This document shows positions 38,774-49,110 of a stretch of 53,277 bases of DNA, piece by piece (positions within the stretch are counted from its first letter, which is position 1; each line of letters opens with the position of its first letter). The translations under genes were made by a program, and so were the position numbers. The notes under the pieces are model-generated. The model was not told the DNA's origin. It searched no databases and saw only the letters and a list, made by a program, of their open reading frames with translations. The DNA comes from a virus (taxonomy: Duplodnaviria; Caudoviricetes): positions 1-53,277 of IMG/VR virus record IMGVR_UViG_3300031975_001497, one strand, 5' to 3'.

Positions 38774-39219
38774 TATTCATTGCACATAGAGGTAATATAA
38801 ATGGTAGAAAGCCAAGACTTGAAAACGGTGATACATACTGTCAAGAAGCAATTGATAAAGGTTTTAATGTAGAAATTGATGTTCATTGGTATGAAGGTAT
38901 ATTTTGGACAGGTCACGACAGACCTCAATACAGAGTTAATACAGAGTTCTTAAAAAAGAAAGAAGTTTGGTGTCACGCTAAAGATATTGAAGCTCTATAT
39001 CATTTACAAAAAATAGAAGCTCATTGTTTCTTTCATCAAAAAGATGATGTTACATTAACCTCAAATGGTTACTTGTGGACATACCCAACATACCCTTTAA
39101 CACAAAAATCAATATGTGTTTTACCAGAAATACAAAAAGTAGATTATAATAACTGTGCTGGGATATGTAGTGATTACATATCAAAGGAAAAAGAGAGTTG
39201 GACATTCAAAAATTATTAA
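38770..39219 (+). CDS. Small glycerophosphodiester phosphodiesterase-like protein
   Basis: IAHRGN, EN, VEIDV, GHD, HAK, GICSD. Confidence 0.75.
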   Translation: MIFIAHRGNINGRKPRLENGDTYCQEAIDKGFNVEIDVHWYEGIFWTGHDRPQYRVNTEFLKKKEVWCHAKDIEALYHLQKIEAHCFFHQKDDVTLTSNGYLWTYPTYPLTQKSICVLPEIQKVDYNNCAGICSDYISKEKESWTFKNY

Positions 39220-40109
39220 TAACAGGTGGTACAGGGTTGATAGGTTCAACAATTAGTACAGGCACTAAGTTATCAAGTCAAGACGCCGACTTAACTATAT
39301 GGGAAGAAACATACGGTATTTTAAGACAAGAATCACCAGATAGTATTATTCATTGTGCAGCTAGAGTGGGTGGTGTCGGTAGTAATATAAATTATAAAGG
39401 TAAATTTTTCTTTGAAAATATTATGATTAATACAAATGTTATTGAAGCAGCCAGAATATGTGGTGTAAAAAAACTAATAGCATTTTTATCAACTTGTGTT
39501 TTTCCAGACGATATAGAGTATCCGTTAACTGAAAGTAAAATTCACTCTGGTGAACCTCATAGTTCTAATTATCCATATGCATATGCTAAGAGAATGGTGG
39601 ATATTCAAATTAGAGCATACAGAGAACAATATGGTCTAAATTACGTAAGTGTAATACCAACAAATGTTTATGGTCCTAATGATAATTTTAATATTGATAA
39701 TGGTCACGTGTTACCAGCTTTAATACATAAATGTTATTTAGCTAAAAACAATAATACAGATTTTAGTGTATGGGGTTCAGGTAAACCGTTACGAGAATTT
39801 ATTTATTCAGAAGATGTAGCAAAACTAACTGAATGGGTTTTAGATGAGTATGATGAAGATGAACCAATTATATTTACAACATCAGAAGAAATTTCAATCA
39901 AAGATGTAGTCGGTTTAATAATAGATGCAATGGGTTACGAAGGTAAAGTAGATTGGCAAAAAGATAAACCAGATGGTCAGTATAGAAAACCATCTGATAA
40001 TTCAAAACTAAAAAGTTATTTACCTGATTTTAAATTTACACCAATAGATGTTGGTATAAAAAAATCAGTTGAATGGTTTGTAGAAAATTATGAAAAGGCT
40101 AGAAAATGA
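39198..40109 (+). CDS. fcl: GDP-L-fucose synthase
   Basis: AARVGG, LSTCVFP, YAYAKR, PTNVYGPNDNF, HVLPALI, WGSGKPLREF. Confidence 0.92.
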   Translation: MDIQKLLITGGTGLIGSTISTGTKLSSQDADLTIWEETYGILRQESPDSIIHCAARVGGVGSNINYKGKFFFENIMINTNVIEAARICGVKKLIAFLSTCVFPDDIEYPLTESKIHSGEPHSSNYPYAYAKRMVDIQIRAYREQYGLNYVSVIPTNVYGPNDNFNIDNGHVLPALIHKCYLAKNNNTDFSVWGSGKPLREFIYSEDVAKLTEWVLDEYDEDEPIIFTTSEEISIKDVVGLIIDAMGYEGKVDWQKDKPDGQYRKPSDNSKLKSYLPDFKFTPIDVGIKKSVEWFVENYEKARK

Positions 40110-41083
40110 AAAAGGCATTAATTACAGGTATAAATGGTCAAGACGGTTCATACTTGACTGAATTGTTATTAGAAAAAGGTTATGAAGTTCACGGTATATT
40201 GAAAAGAAATTCAGTAGCTGAGAATCAGACAGCACGACTAGATGATACTTATCAAGAGATAAAAAATAATTTATATTATGCTGATATGACAGATATGGCA
40301 TCATTAGTTAGAGTGTTACAAGAAGTACAACCTGATGAGATTTATAATTTAGCAGCACAGTCTCACGTTAGAATTTCATTTGACCAACCAATATATACTG
40401 CACAAACAGTAGCAATTGGTACTATGAATTTATTAGAAGGTATTAGATTGATATGTCCAAATGTTAGAATGTATCAAGCTTCATCATCAGAAATGTTTGG
40501 TAACTCTATAGATGAAGATGGATTTCAACGAGAAACAACACCTATGAATCCTACAAGTCCGTATGGTTGTTCTAAAGTTTTTGGTTATAACTTACTTAGA
40601 AATTATAGAAACTCATACAATTTATTTTTAAGTAATGGTATTCTTTTTAATCACGAATCACCAAGACGAGGTACTAATTTTGTTACTAATAAAGTTGTGA
40701 AAGAGGCAGTGAAAATAAAAAATGGATTATCAAATAAATTGATGTTAGGTAACTTGAAGGCTACTCGTGATTGGGGTCATTCAAAAGATTATGTATATTG
40801 TATGTGGTTAATTCTACAACACGATACACCAGATGATTTCGTGTGTTCAACAGGTATATCTCATTCAGTTAAAGACTTATGTGATTACGTGTTCACTAAA
40901 CTAGATTTAGACTATAGAGATTACGTAGGTGTAGATGAGAAGTATTTTAGACCAGAAGAACTCGATGATTTAAAAGGTGATTGCTCTAAAGCAAAAGAAG
41001 TATTAGGTTGGGAACACGAATATACTTTTGAGTCTATGTTAGATGAGATGATAGAGTATCAAAAAAAATTGTATATGAATTAA
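40106..41083 (+). CDS. gmd: GDP-mannose 4,6-dehydratase
   Basis: TGINGQDGSYL, LAAQSHV, QASSSEMFG, SPYGCSK, NHESPRRG, RDWGH. Confidence 0.96.
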   Translation: MKKALITGINGQDGSYLTELLLEKGYEVHGILKRNSVAENQTARLDDTYQEIKNNLYYADMTDMASLVRVLQEVQPDEIYNLAAQSHVRISFDQPIYTAQTVAIGTMNLLEGIRLICPNVRMYQASSSEMFGNSIDEDGFQRETTPMNPTSPYGCSKVFGYNLLRNYRNSYNLFLSNGILFNHESPRRGTNFVTNKVVKEAVKIKNGLSNKLMLGNLKATRDWGHSKDYVYCMWLILQHDTPDDFVCSTGISHSVKDLCDYVFTKLDLDYRDYVGVDEKYFRPEELDDLKGDCSKAKEVLGWEHEYTFESMLDEMIEYQKKLYMN

Positions 41084-41102
41084 TAACTTAATATTTATTA
41101 AT

Positions 41103-43136
41103 ATGAAAAAACTAAAAATATATAGTTCACAATTTAATTACCAATACGGTAACTCAATTCATTTCCCATACAGTATTGCTTCTTTGTTTGCCTACATCAA
41201 ATCATTTCCAGAGTTAGATAAACAATTACAATTTGAAAAAACATTTATATTTAGAAATAAATTAGATGAGTATGTTGATGAAATAGAAGACCCTGATATT
41301 TTATTATGTTCTTGTTATGTTTGGAATTGGGAAATAACAAACATGCTAGCAAAGAGAGTTAAAGAAAAATATCCTGATTGTAAAGTTATATACGGTGGAC
41401 CACAAGTACCATTAAGATATGAAGGTAATGTTCCAACAGGTTGGGTAGAAAACTCTACAGGTAATTTTTTCAAAGATTACCCACACGTAGATGTTTTAGT
41501 TCATCAAGAAGGTGAGTACACTATCAAAGATTTATTTGAAAAAATTGTTAATAATGAATTAATTACTGAAGTTGGTGGTATAGAGACAGCAGACTTCAGA
41601 ACGTTAGCACAAGATAGAATTTGGGATTTAGATACATTACCATCACCATATTTGACTGATTTAGTTTGGGATTTAGTAGAACCAGTAGAAGGTGTTGAGT
41701 ATATTGCAGCTTGGGAAACAAATAGAGGGTGTCCTTTTCAATGTACGTTTTGTGATTGGGGTAGTGCCACGAAAACAAAAGTTAGAAAATGGGATATGGA
41801 TAAATTATTTGAAGAGATAGAATGGTTTGCTGATAATAAAATACCATATATTGATTGTTGTGATGCTAACTTTGGTATTTTTACAGATAGAGATTTAAGT
41901 TTAGCAAAGAAATTAAGTTCAGAAAAGAAATCAAAAGGTTATCCAGGTAGAATTAGACCAGCATGGACAAAGAGTTCATCAGATAAAGTTATACCAGTTG
42001 CTAAAGAATTATTAGATGCTGATTTATTACGAGCAGTAACGTTAGCAGTTCAGTCATTAGACCCCACAACTCTTCAAGTAATTAAAAGAAGAAATATTAA
42101 ATTCGATAAATTTGGTGAGTTAGTTCACAAATTTAGAAACGAGAAGATAGAAAATTATACAGAATTAATTATGGGTATGCCTGGTGAAACACTTGAAAGT
42201 TATAAAGTTGGGTTAGAACAATTAATGGAGTTGTTTCCAAGACCAGTAGTGTTTATTTATAATTGTGGTGTTTTTGTTAATGCACCTATGAACGAACCAA
42301 ACTATGCTAAGAAATATGATATACAAACTATTAAATCACCAATATATCTATGGCATTCTTCAGTTCACAATAGAGGTGAAATACCTGAATATGAAGATAC
42401 AATAGTTAGTACTAATACTTTTAATCTCGATGAGTTAAAAGAAATGTATGTATATGGTTGGTTTATGCAAGCGTTTCATAGTTTAGGTATAACTGAATAC
42501 TTATCTAAGTTTTACAATCAAGTTTATGATTTAAAGTATATAGATTTTTATACATCATTTAAAGATTATTGTGAAAACTTTGATTCTATGTTTAAAACAG
42601 AATATGATACATTAAGAGAATATATAGATATTGGATATGACGGTGGTGGATGGAACCATTATGATGAAAGTCTAGCAGAGATACTGTGGCCAATCGAAGA
42701 AGCGACTTGGTTAAGATGTGTAAAGAGTAGTGATAAATTACAAAATGAACTTTTTAAATTTATAGAATTTTTAGAAAAACAAAGAGGTTTTGAAACAGAC
42801 ATAAATGTAATTTCAGACTTAATTAAATTTCAAGTATATTTATTGATGACGATGAATAAGAGTGATGAAATAAAATCACTAAGTTCAAATTATGATTGGA
42901 AAGATTTCTTAGTTAATAATAAAACTAAGATGTCAGAATTAACAAAAATATCTACTGAGTATCACTATAAAAACAAAGTATTAGAAACTGAAAGAGATAA
43001 ATGGTGTATGACAGCTATATGGATAGGTCGTTCTCAAGGTAATTATAAATGTCACCCTGAGTTTTTATTTGAGAGTCTAAATGATGTACCACAAGGTGCA
43101 ATACAACAAGGAGAAGAAGCTCATTCAGGAGTTTAA
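41103..43136 (+). CDS. Cobalamin-binding radical SAM protein
   Basis: N-terminal B12-binding-like domain (SCYVWN, GGPQ, GEYT); ETNRGCPFQCTFCDWG (CxxxCxxC); DANFG; GMPGET. Confidence 0.9.
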   Translation: MKKLKIYSSQFNYQYGNSIHFPYSIASLFAYIKSFPELDKQLQFEKTFIFRNKLDEYVDEIEDPDILLCSCYVWNWEITNMLAKRVKEKYPDCKVIYGGPQVPLRYEGNVPTGWVENSTGNFFKDYPHVDVLVHQEGEYTIKDLFEKIVNNELITEVGGIETADFRTLAQDRIWDLDTLPSPYLTDLVWDLVEPVEGVEYIAAWETNRGCPFQCTFCDWGSATKTKVRKWDMDKLFEEIEWFADNKIPYIDCCDANFGIFTDRDLSLAKKLSSEKKSKGYPGRIRPAWTKSSSDKVIPVAKELLDADLLRAVTLAVQSLDPTTLQVIKRRNIKFDKFGELVHKFRNEKIENYTELIMGMPGETLESYKVGLEQLMELFPRPVVFIYNCGVFVNAPMNEPNYAKKYDIQTIKSPIYLWHSSVHNRGEIPEYEDTIVSTNTFNLDELKEMYVYGWFMQAFHSLGITEYLSKFYNQVYDLKYIDFYTSFKDYCENFDSMFKTEYDTLREYIDIGYDGGGWNHYDESLAEILWPIEEATWLRCVKSSDKLQNELFKFIEFLEKQRGFETDINVISDLIKFQVYLLMTMNKSDEIKSLSSNYDWKDFLVNNKTKMSELTKISTEYHYKNKVLETERDKWCMTAIWIGRSQGNYKCHPEFLFESLNDVPQGAIQQGEEAHSGV

Positions 43137-43148
43137 AAAAGAGGTTTT

Positions 43149-44279
43149 ATGATTCAAATATTTTCAAATTCACTTGGTGAAGATGAATCAAATGCAGTAA
43201 AAAAAGTATTCGAGTCTAAGTGGGTCGGAGCAGCAAACGAAACACTTAAATTTGAAAAACAATTTGGAGAGAGATTAAATTCTAAATATTCTCTGTCATT
43301 TAATTGTGCAACCGCTGCAACTTATGGTGCAATAAAGATACTTGATATCAAACCAGGTGATGATGTACTTATCCCGACAGTAAATTTTATAGGTTGTGCT
43401 AATGCTATTATTGATGCTGGTGCTAATCCAATATTTTGTGATGTTGATTTAAATACATTTAATATTACACCAGAAGAAGTTGAAAAAAAGATGACAAAAA
43501 ACACTAAGGCACTTTTGTTATTACATTATGGTGGTAACCCTGTACAATTTGATGAGATAAAATCAGTTTCTAGTGACATAAAAATAATAGAAGATAGTTG
43601 TAATACGTTATTTGCAAAGTATAAAGATAGATACTGCGGTGCTTTAGGTGATATTGGTTTCTTTAGTTTTGATGCTATGAAGATATTAGTTACAGGTGAT
43701 GGTGGTATGATGACTTTTCAAAATGATGAATACTATGAGAAGGTACTGCAATATCGATACTTAGGATTAGTATCGAAAATAAAATCAGGTGTAGATTCAC
43801 TAAAAGAAGATAAAAAAACTTGGTGGGAAATTGAATTAGGTAGTACATCTGGTAGATTTGTATCAAACGATATCGTATCTGCAATAGCTTTAGAACAAAT
43901 GAAAAAAGTAGATATGTTTTTAAGTAGAAGAAAACATATATGGGACACCTATAAAGAAGAGTTAAAGAGTCTTGATTGGTTGATTTTACCACCAGAACCT
44001 GAAAAAGATTGTACAACATCATATTTTATGTTTTGGTTAAGAATAAAAAACAAATGGCGTGATGAATTTGCACAATATATGATTGATAATGGTGTGTATG
44101 TAACATTTAGATATTATCCATTACACTTAATCGAACAATATAAACAAACTAGTTTATCACTACCAGTTTCTGAAGAAATATCAGATACAACAATTAATAT
44201 TCCAATACATCAAAATTTAGATGACAATGATGTTGATACAATCATAGATGTTATCAAAAACTTTAGGAGAAACAAATGA
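43149..44279 (+). CDS. DegT/DnrJ sugar aminotransferase (second copy)
   Basis: LHYGG, IEDSC, FSFDAMK, TGDGGM. Confidence 0.92.
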   Translation: MIQIFSNSLGEDESNAVKKVFESKWVGAANETLKFEKQFGERLNSKYSLSFNCATAATYGAIKILDIKPGDDVLIPTVNFIGCANAIIDAGANPIFCDVDLNTFNITPEEVEKKMTKNTKALLLLHYGGNPVQFDEIKSVSSDIKIIEDSCNTLFAKYKDRYCGALGDIGFFSFDAMKILVTGDGGMMTFQNDEYYEKVLQYRYLGLVSKIKSGVDSLKEDKKTWWEIELGSTSGRFVSNDIVSAIALEQMKKVDMFLSRRKHIWDTYKEELKSLDWLILPPEPEKDCTTSYFMFWLRIKNKWRDEFAQYMIDNGVYVTFRYYPLHLIEQYKQTSLSLPVSEEISDTTINIPIHQNLDDNDVDTIIDVIKNFRRNK

Positions 44280-45187
44280 AAAAGTTAGCAGTAGTTGTTA
44301 GTGGTTGGCATTACCCAATCACATTTTATAAACAAATAAAGAGTCAAATTATACCAAAAGGTTGGGAAGTAGATTACTTTTGTGTATCTCATAGAGACCC
44401 AAGTATTGCAAGTGATGAAAAGAAATCTATAATATCAGAATTAAATGAAGGCACATTAGAGAAACTTGATAAAATTCTCTACGAAGACGTACCAACTGTT
44501 GAGTGGCTAGAAAGTACAGGGTGGCAATATAGTTTAGAACCGAATAATTGTGGTGATTGGGCAGTAACAAATCAATGGTTAGAAAAATATGATTATAAAG
44601 ATTATGATATGTTATTATTAACACACGATGATAATTTTTTATTAAATAATCACTTGTTCGTAAATACATTAGATAATAGTTTTAATACATTATTCAGAAA
44701 TGATTACTCATTGAATGATTTACCTGAATTTAAAAACGCGACACGTAATGATTTTTCATCAGTTGAACCTGATGACTGGTTAATACTATCAAATGGAATT
44801 GTGAATTGGACAGGTAAAGTTAGAGGTTCATTTGACTTTTTTAAAACAGAACTGATTGAAAAAATGGGTGGTGGCTTTGATATGGGTAGAGTTGAGTTAG
44901 ATAGAACAGGATTGACTGATAATATGGATATGGGTTATTATGGTGATAGTACACCGGAAGGTGGTTTGAGTATGAAGGATTGGGAAAAACCTATTGAAAA
45001 CTTTCACGGATTTATGTATGATAACCAGTTATTAGATAGAATCAGATACTTATCACCAACGTATAGAGTAAGTGAGTATTGTCTTGAAGGTGAACGAGGC
45101 TTGCTATCTAATACATCATCACCTCAAGGTAAAATATATCGTGATGTAGTTGATAAATTCAATGACACTGGTCTGATAAATGTTTAG
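44276..45187 (+). CDS. Putative GT-A glycosyltransferase
   Basis: YDMLLLTHDDN, RGSF; context. Confidence 0.55.
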   Translation: MKKLAVVVSGWHYPITFYKQIKSQIIPKGWEVDYFCVSHRDPSIASDEKKSIISELNEGTLEKLDKILYEDVPTVEWLESTGWQYSLEPNNCGDWAVTNQWLEKYDYKDYDMLLLTHDDNFLLNNHLFVNTLDNSFNTLFRNDYSLNDLPEFKNATRNDFSSVEPDDWLILSNGIVNWTGKVRGSFDFFKTELIEKMGGGFDMGRVELDRTGLTDNMDMGYYGDSTPEGGLSMKDWEKPIENFHGFMYDNQLLDRIRYLSPTYRVSEYCLEGERGLLSNTSSPQGKIYRDVVDKFNDTGLINV

Positions 45188-45923
45188 TTATAGTGAATTT
45201 AAAAATATACTACAATTAATTAAAGTTAATTTACCAATAGTTGATTTTGCAGATGTAAACAAAGATACTAAAAAGTTTTGTGTTGTTAGACACGACATAG
45301 AGTTTTCAATTGATAGAGCTTTGAAAATGGCAAGAATAGAAGCTGATGAGTTAGGTATATCATCTACATATACAGTTCAGTTACGAAATAATACATATAA
45401 TGCTTTATCTGAAAAGAATATCAAAGCAATACAAGAAATTAAAAAGTTAGGTCATAAAATTGGTTTACATCAAAATCCACCGAATCTTAGTGATAATAAA
45501 ATCAGAGAAAATATACGAAAAGACATAGATGTATTAGAACATTATTATGAGTTCAAAATTGATAGGTTTGCATTTCATAGACCAAATTTAAACCCAGAGC
45601 TTCTTGCTTGGTATGTACAAGTTGATGATTTAATTAACTGTAATGGTAAGTTATTTTTTCATTACTTTAAGAAAGAGAAACCAAAAACGTTAAACGTAAC
45701 TTATTTATCTGATTCAAATAACTTATGGAAATTCGGACATCCTTTAGAAATAGACTTTAGTAAAGTTCAAAAACTTCACGTCTTAATGCATCCATTCTCG
45801 TGGACAGAAAGTGGTTATCAAAACTATAGTAATTTTGTATCATTAATCAGAGAACGAAATCAAGAGTTGTTACACTCAATGAATAGTGAAACTAGCTCAT
45901 TCCCTCAGGAGTTATTAAATTGA
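45180..45923 (+). CDS. Polysaccharide deacetylase/deformylase-like protein (WbmS-like)
   Basis: RHDIEF, GHKIGLH, FHRP, YLSDS, HPFSW. Confidence 0.72.
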   Translation: MFSYSEFKNILQLIKVNLPIVDFADVNKDTKKFCVVRHDIEFSIDRALKMARIEADELGISSTYTVQLRNNTYNALSEKNIKAIQEIKKLGHKIGLHQNPPNLSDNKIRENIRKDIDVLEHYYEFKIDRFAFHRPNLNPELLAWYVQVDDLINCNGKLFFHYFKKEKPKTLNVTYLSDSNNLWKFGHPLEIDFSKVQKLHVLMHPFSWTESGYQNYSNFVSLIRERNQELLHSMNSETSSFPQELLN

Positions 45924-47326
45924 AAAAAAATATAGTATGGTGGCCAGCTGTAGTAAATGATTCACATATGAGTAAGTATGGTGGTTATGATTACTTTCAA
46001 TATTCACGAAAAACTTGGGAATATTGGTGTGAGAGAAATGATTGTTTATTCGTACCATTTACAGAACCAGTTGAAGAAGATTTATTTAGATATCGAATAA
46101 ATTGGCAGAAAGCAATATTTTTATTTGATGAACTTGAAAGAAGAAATATTGAATACGACCAAATTGCGTTAGTCGATAGTTCATTTATGATTAGACACGA
46201 TGCACCTAATTTTTTTGATATGACTGATAGACAATTCGTAGCTTGGCGTGATATGGATAATATGAGATGGATTTACGAAAGTATTCAAGGATATAAAGAT
46301 ATATTTACAGACCATTTAGTAGAATTAAATTATGCAACTGGTAGGTCATTTGATATGAGTAAATACGTCAACTCAGGTTTTATGGTTTTCAATGAAGAAC
46401 ATAAAGAATTATTTACATCATTTAAAGAATTTTATATAAATAATATTGATGAGTTCATTAAGTTACAAGATAAAACAGTAAGAAAAGGTACAGAACAAAC
46501 ACCGATGAATTACTGGTTACAAATCAATCAAGTTGATGTAAATACAGAGTTACCACTACCATTTAAACTAACACATTTACAACGAAAAGAATTATTTAAT
46601 CATAACTGGCAGTTAAATGAAGATAAAACGCCATTCTTTATCAAATATGGTTATAACTATAGTTTTAATGGTTTACCTAAAGATAATAGAACTAATATTA
46701 TGAAACAAACTTGGGATTTAATAAAAGAAAATTATAATCACGATGAGATAAAATATGATAAGATTTTAGATACGATGCCACATAAAGACACTGCGAAGTA
46801 TACAACGAGTAGAAACTTTAAAAAAGACATAATGAAAACTTTTTCAGGTGATAAGTTTAAAGATTTAACAATGATGGAAATTGGTAGTTGTCAAGGAAAT
46901 TCTACAGCTGTGTATGGTAATATATTTAAAAAAGTGTATGGTGTCGAAAAAGATGAATGGAATATTGAACAAGCAGAAATAAAATGTTCTAATATGAATA
47001 ATGTAGAATTTATTAATATGGATGTTTATTCAGAAGAGTGGATGTCAGTAAATTTACCTCAAGTAGATGTTGTGATGATTGATGCCGGTCATACTTATGA
47101 ACACGTAAAACACGACATAGAAAAAGTAGTAAATTATTTTAATAATCCAATTATCATTATGGATGACTATGGTAATCCAAATGTAGAGATAAAAAGAGCA
47201 ATCGATGAAGCAATCAATTTAGGTCTCGTAACTAAAGGTCCACACATCGGTGAAGTCAGTGGATTCAAAACAGCCGCTGGTTGGGTTATGAATGATAGAG
47301 AGGGGATTATTTTGAATTATGAGTAA
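45920..47326 (+). CDS. GT8-like glycosyltransferase fused to a SAM methyltransferase
   Basis: N-terminal YVNSGF/EQT; C-terminal MEIGSCQG, IDAGHTYE, MDDY. Confidence 0.78.
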   Translation: MKKNIVWWPAVVNDSHMSKYGGYDYFQYSRKTWEYWCERNDCLFVPFTEPVEEDLFRYRINWQKAIFLFDELERRNIEYDQIALVDSSFMIRHDAPNFFDMTDRQFVAWRDMDNMRWIYESIQGYKDIFTDHLVELNYATGRSFDMSKYVNSGFMVFNEEHKELFTSFKEFYINNIDEFIKLQDKTVRKGTEQTPMNYWLQINQVDVNTELPLPFKLTHLQRKELFNHNWQLNEDKTPFFIKYGYNYSFNGLPKDNRTNIMKQTWDLIKENYNHDEIKYDKILDTMPHKDTAKYTTSRNFKKDIMKTFSGDKFKDLTMMEIGSCQGNSTAVYGNIFKKVYGVEKDEWNIEQAEIKCSNMNNVEFINMDVYSEEWMSVNLPQVDVVMIDAGHTYEHVKHDIEKVVNYFNNPIIIMDDYGNPNVEIKRAIDEAINLGLVTKGPHIGEVSGFKTAAGWVMNDREGIILNYE

Positions 47327-48095
47327 GAATTTAGTTTTTATGATGGATATTGATTTAGGTGGTGAAGGTAGATACGCTAGTAGCAGAAGAGCAGCATACA
47401 AATATTCTATTGATAGTTGGAAACGTTGGTGTGAGAAAAATGATTGTAAATTATTTGTATTAAATGATTTAATAGTAGAGAAAGAAAAAATGGCAATTTG
47501 TTGGCAACGATATTATTTATTCGATATATTAGATGCTAATGAGATTGAGTATGACCAGGTTCTAATGGTAGATGCAGACACGATAGTTCATCCAGAGTGT
47601 CCAAACTTTTTTGAGATGAGTGAAGGTAAATTATGCGGTGCTTATTTTGATGGTAGTTGGGATTGGGTATTAAGAAGTATTGAGAACTATTCAAAGTATG
47701 CTTTTGACAATTATATGATGCCTTGGTGGAAATACTTTGATTGTGGTTTTGTTCTAGTTAATAAAAATCATAAACAGTTTTTTAATGATATAGTTAGTTA
47801 TTATTTTACGAATCAAGATACATTAATTCAATTACAAGAAACATTTCATACTGGTACAGACCAAACACCAGTTAATATGTTAACACATAAACATAATATA
47901 GATTTAAAGTTGTTACCGTATGAATTTAATATGAGTGATATGGCAAGAAAAGAAATATTAGGTGATGATTTATTATTCACAAAGATTGGTTGGATTTATC
48001 AATATAACGCAATACCAAATAATAAAGACAATCAGTTAACAAATCACTTTATGAAAAAGACGTATGAACATTTTTACGGAGAGTTAAATGAATAA
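47319..48095 (+). CDS. GT8-like glycosyltransferase
   Basis: VDADT (DxD), YFDCGF, DQTPVN, LPYEFN; paralogous to the upstream N-terminal domain. Confidence 0.78.
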   Translation: MSKNLVFMMDIDLGGEGRYASSRRAAYKYSIDSWKRWCEKNDCKLFVLNDLIVEKEKMAICWQRYYLFDILDANEIEYDQVLMVDADTIVHPECPNFFEMSEGKLCGAYFDGSWDWVLRSIENYSKYAFDNYMMPWWKYFDCGFVLVNKNHKQFFNDIVSYYFTNQDTLIQLQETFHTGTDQTPVNMLTHKHNIDLKLLPYEFNMSDMARKEILGDDLLFTKIGWIYQYNAIPNNKDNQLTNHFMKKTYEHFYGELNE

Positions 48096-49110
48096 AATAG
48101 CTATAGGTTGTTTAGTACAGTGGTATGAAATAGAATTAGTAGAAGAATATTTACAAAGTGTTAAGAATGCAATTGATATGATTGATAACAAGAAAGATGT
48201 AATCATAGATTTATATTTCAATATAGATGAAACACTTGAAAAATTAGATGAAGATGAAATCTCTATGAGTTCTATTCGTGATAAGTTTAATAAAATCTTG
48301 TTCGATATTTTTGATTATGAAGACAATGATGAAGTAGGTATAATTAGTAACAAATATGACCTAAGATTATCAAACATAGGTCCAAGTAATAAATTATATA
48401 CTATAGCTGATTATAGAAGAGATTTTAACGATAATTATTGTGATGAAGCTGATGTCTTGATGTGGGGTGAAACAGATTCACTTATACCAAGACAAACCTT
48501 TCAGATTTTAGATACAATGCATACTAGTGTAAAAGATAAAACACCTAAATATGTTAGTTTCTTTGCTACTTGTAAAATGTGGGATGATTCTTGGAAAATA
48601 CTAGAACACCCTGAATTTACTGATAAACCGTTTATTGATATGGATAGAGTAGATACAGAGAACTGGTGGAGTCTTAGATACAATATGACTATCGATGAAA
48701 TGAATTCATTTAATGATAAAGTAGAAGAGTTAGATATAAGAAGTACAACTCAGTTAAAATTTAATGGTTGTGGTTTAGTAATATCTTCAGAGGTTATAAG
48801 AGCAGGTATAAATATACCAAAAAGTGTATTCTTTGTACACGAAGATACAGCGTTTATGAATAATTTATTAGTTATGTTTCAAGGTCAACTACCACAATAT
48901 ATTATCAAGAACGTATTACTAGTTCATAATAGAAAACACGTAAATAAAAGAAAATACGTGAAAGGTGAAGGTGAAGTTACACCCGGTGATATTGGTGGTG
49001 CAAGATTAGCTCACAATTGGTATGATAAAGCAAATAAATTATCAGAGTTTAACGCTCATAACTTTTTCAAACAGACTAAGATGTATACTTGGGAGGATGT
49101 TTACGAATGA
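48088..49110 (+). CDS. Putative GT-A glycosyltransferase
   Basis: GETDS, GCGLVIS, HEDTAF, VH pattern. Confidence 0.55.
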   Translation: MNKIAIGCLVQWYEIELVEEYLQSVKNAIDMIDNKKDVIIDLYFNIDETLEKLDEDEISMSSIRDKFNKILFDIFDYEDNDEVGIISNKYDLRLSNIGPSNKLYTIADYRRDFNDNYCDEADVLMWGETDSLIPRQTFQILDTMHTSVKDKTPKYVSFFATCKMWDDSWKILEHPEFTDKPFIDMDRVDTENWWSLRYNMTIDEMNSFNDKVEELDIRSTTQLKFNGCGLVISSEVIRAGINIPKSVFFVHEDTAFMNNLLVMFQGQLPQYIIKNVLLVHNRKHVNKRKYVKGEGEVTPGDIGGARLAHNWYDKANKLSEFNAHNFFKQTKMYTWEDVYE

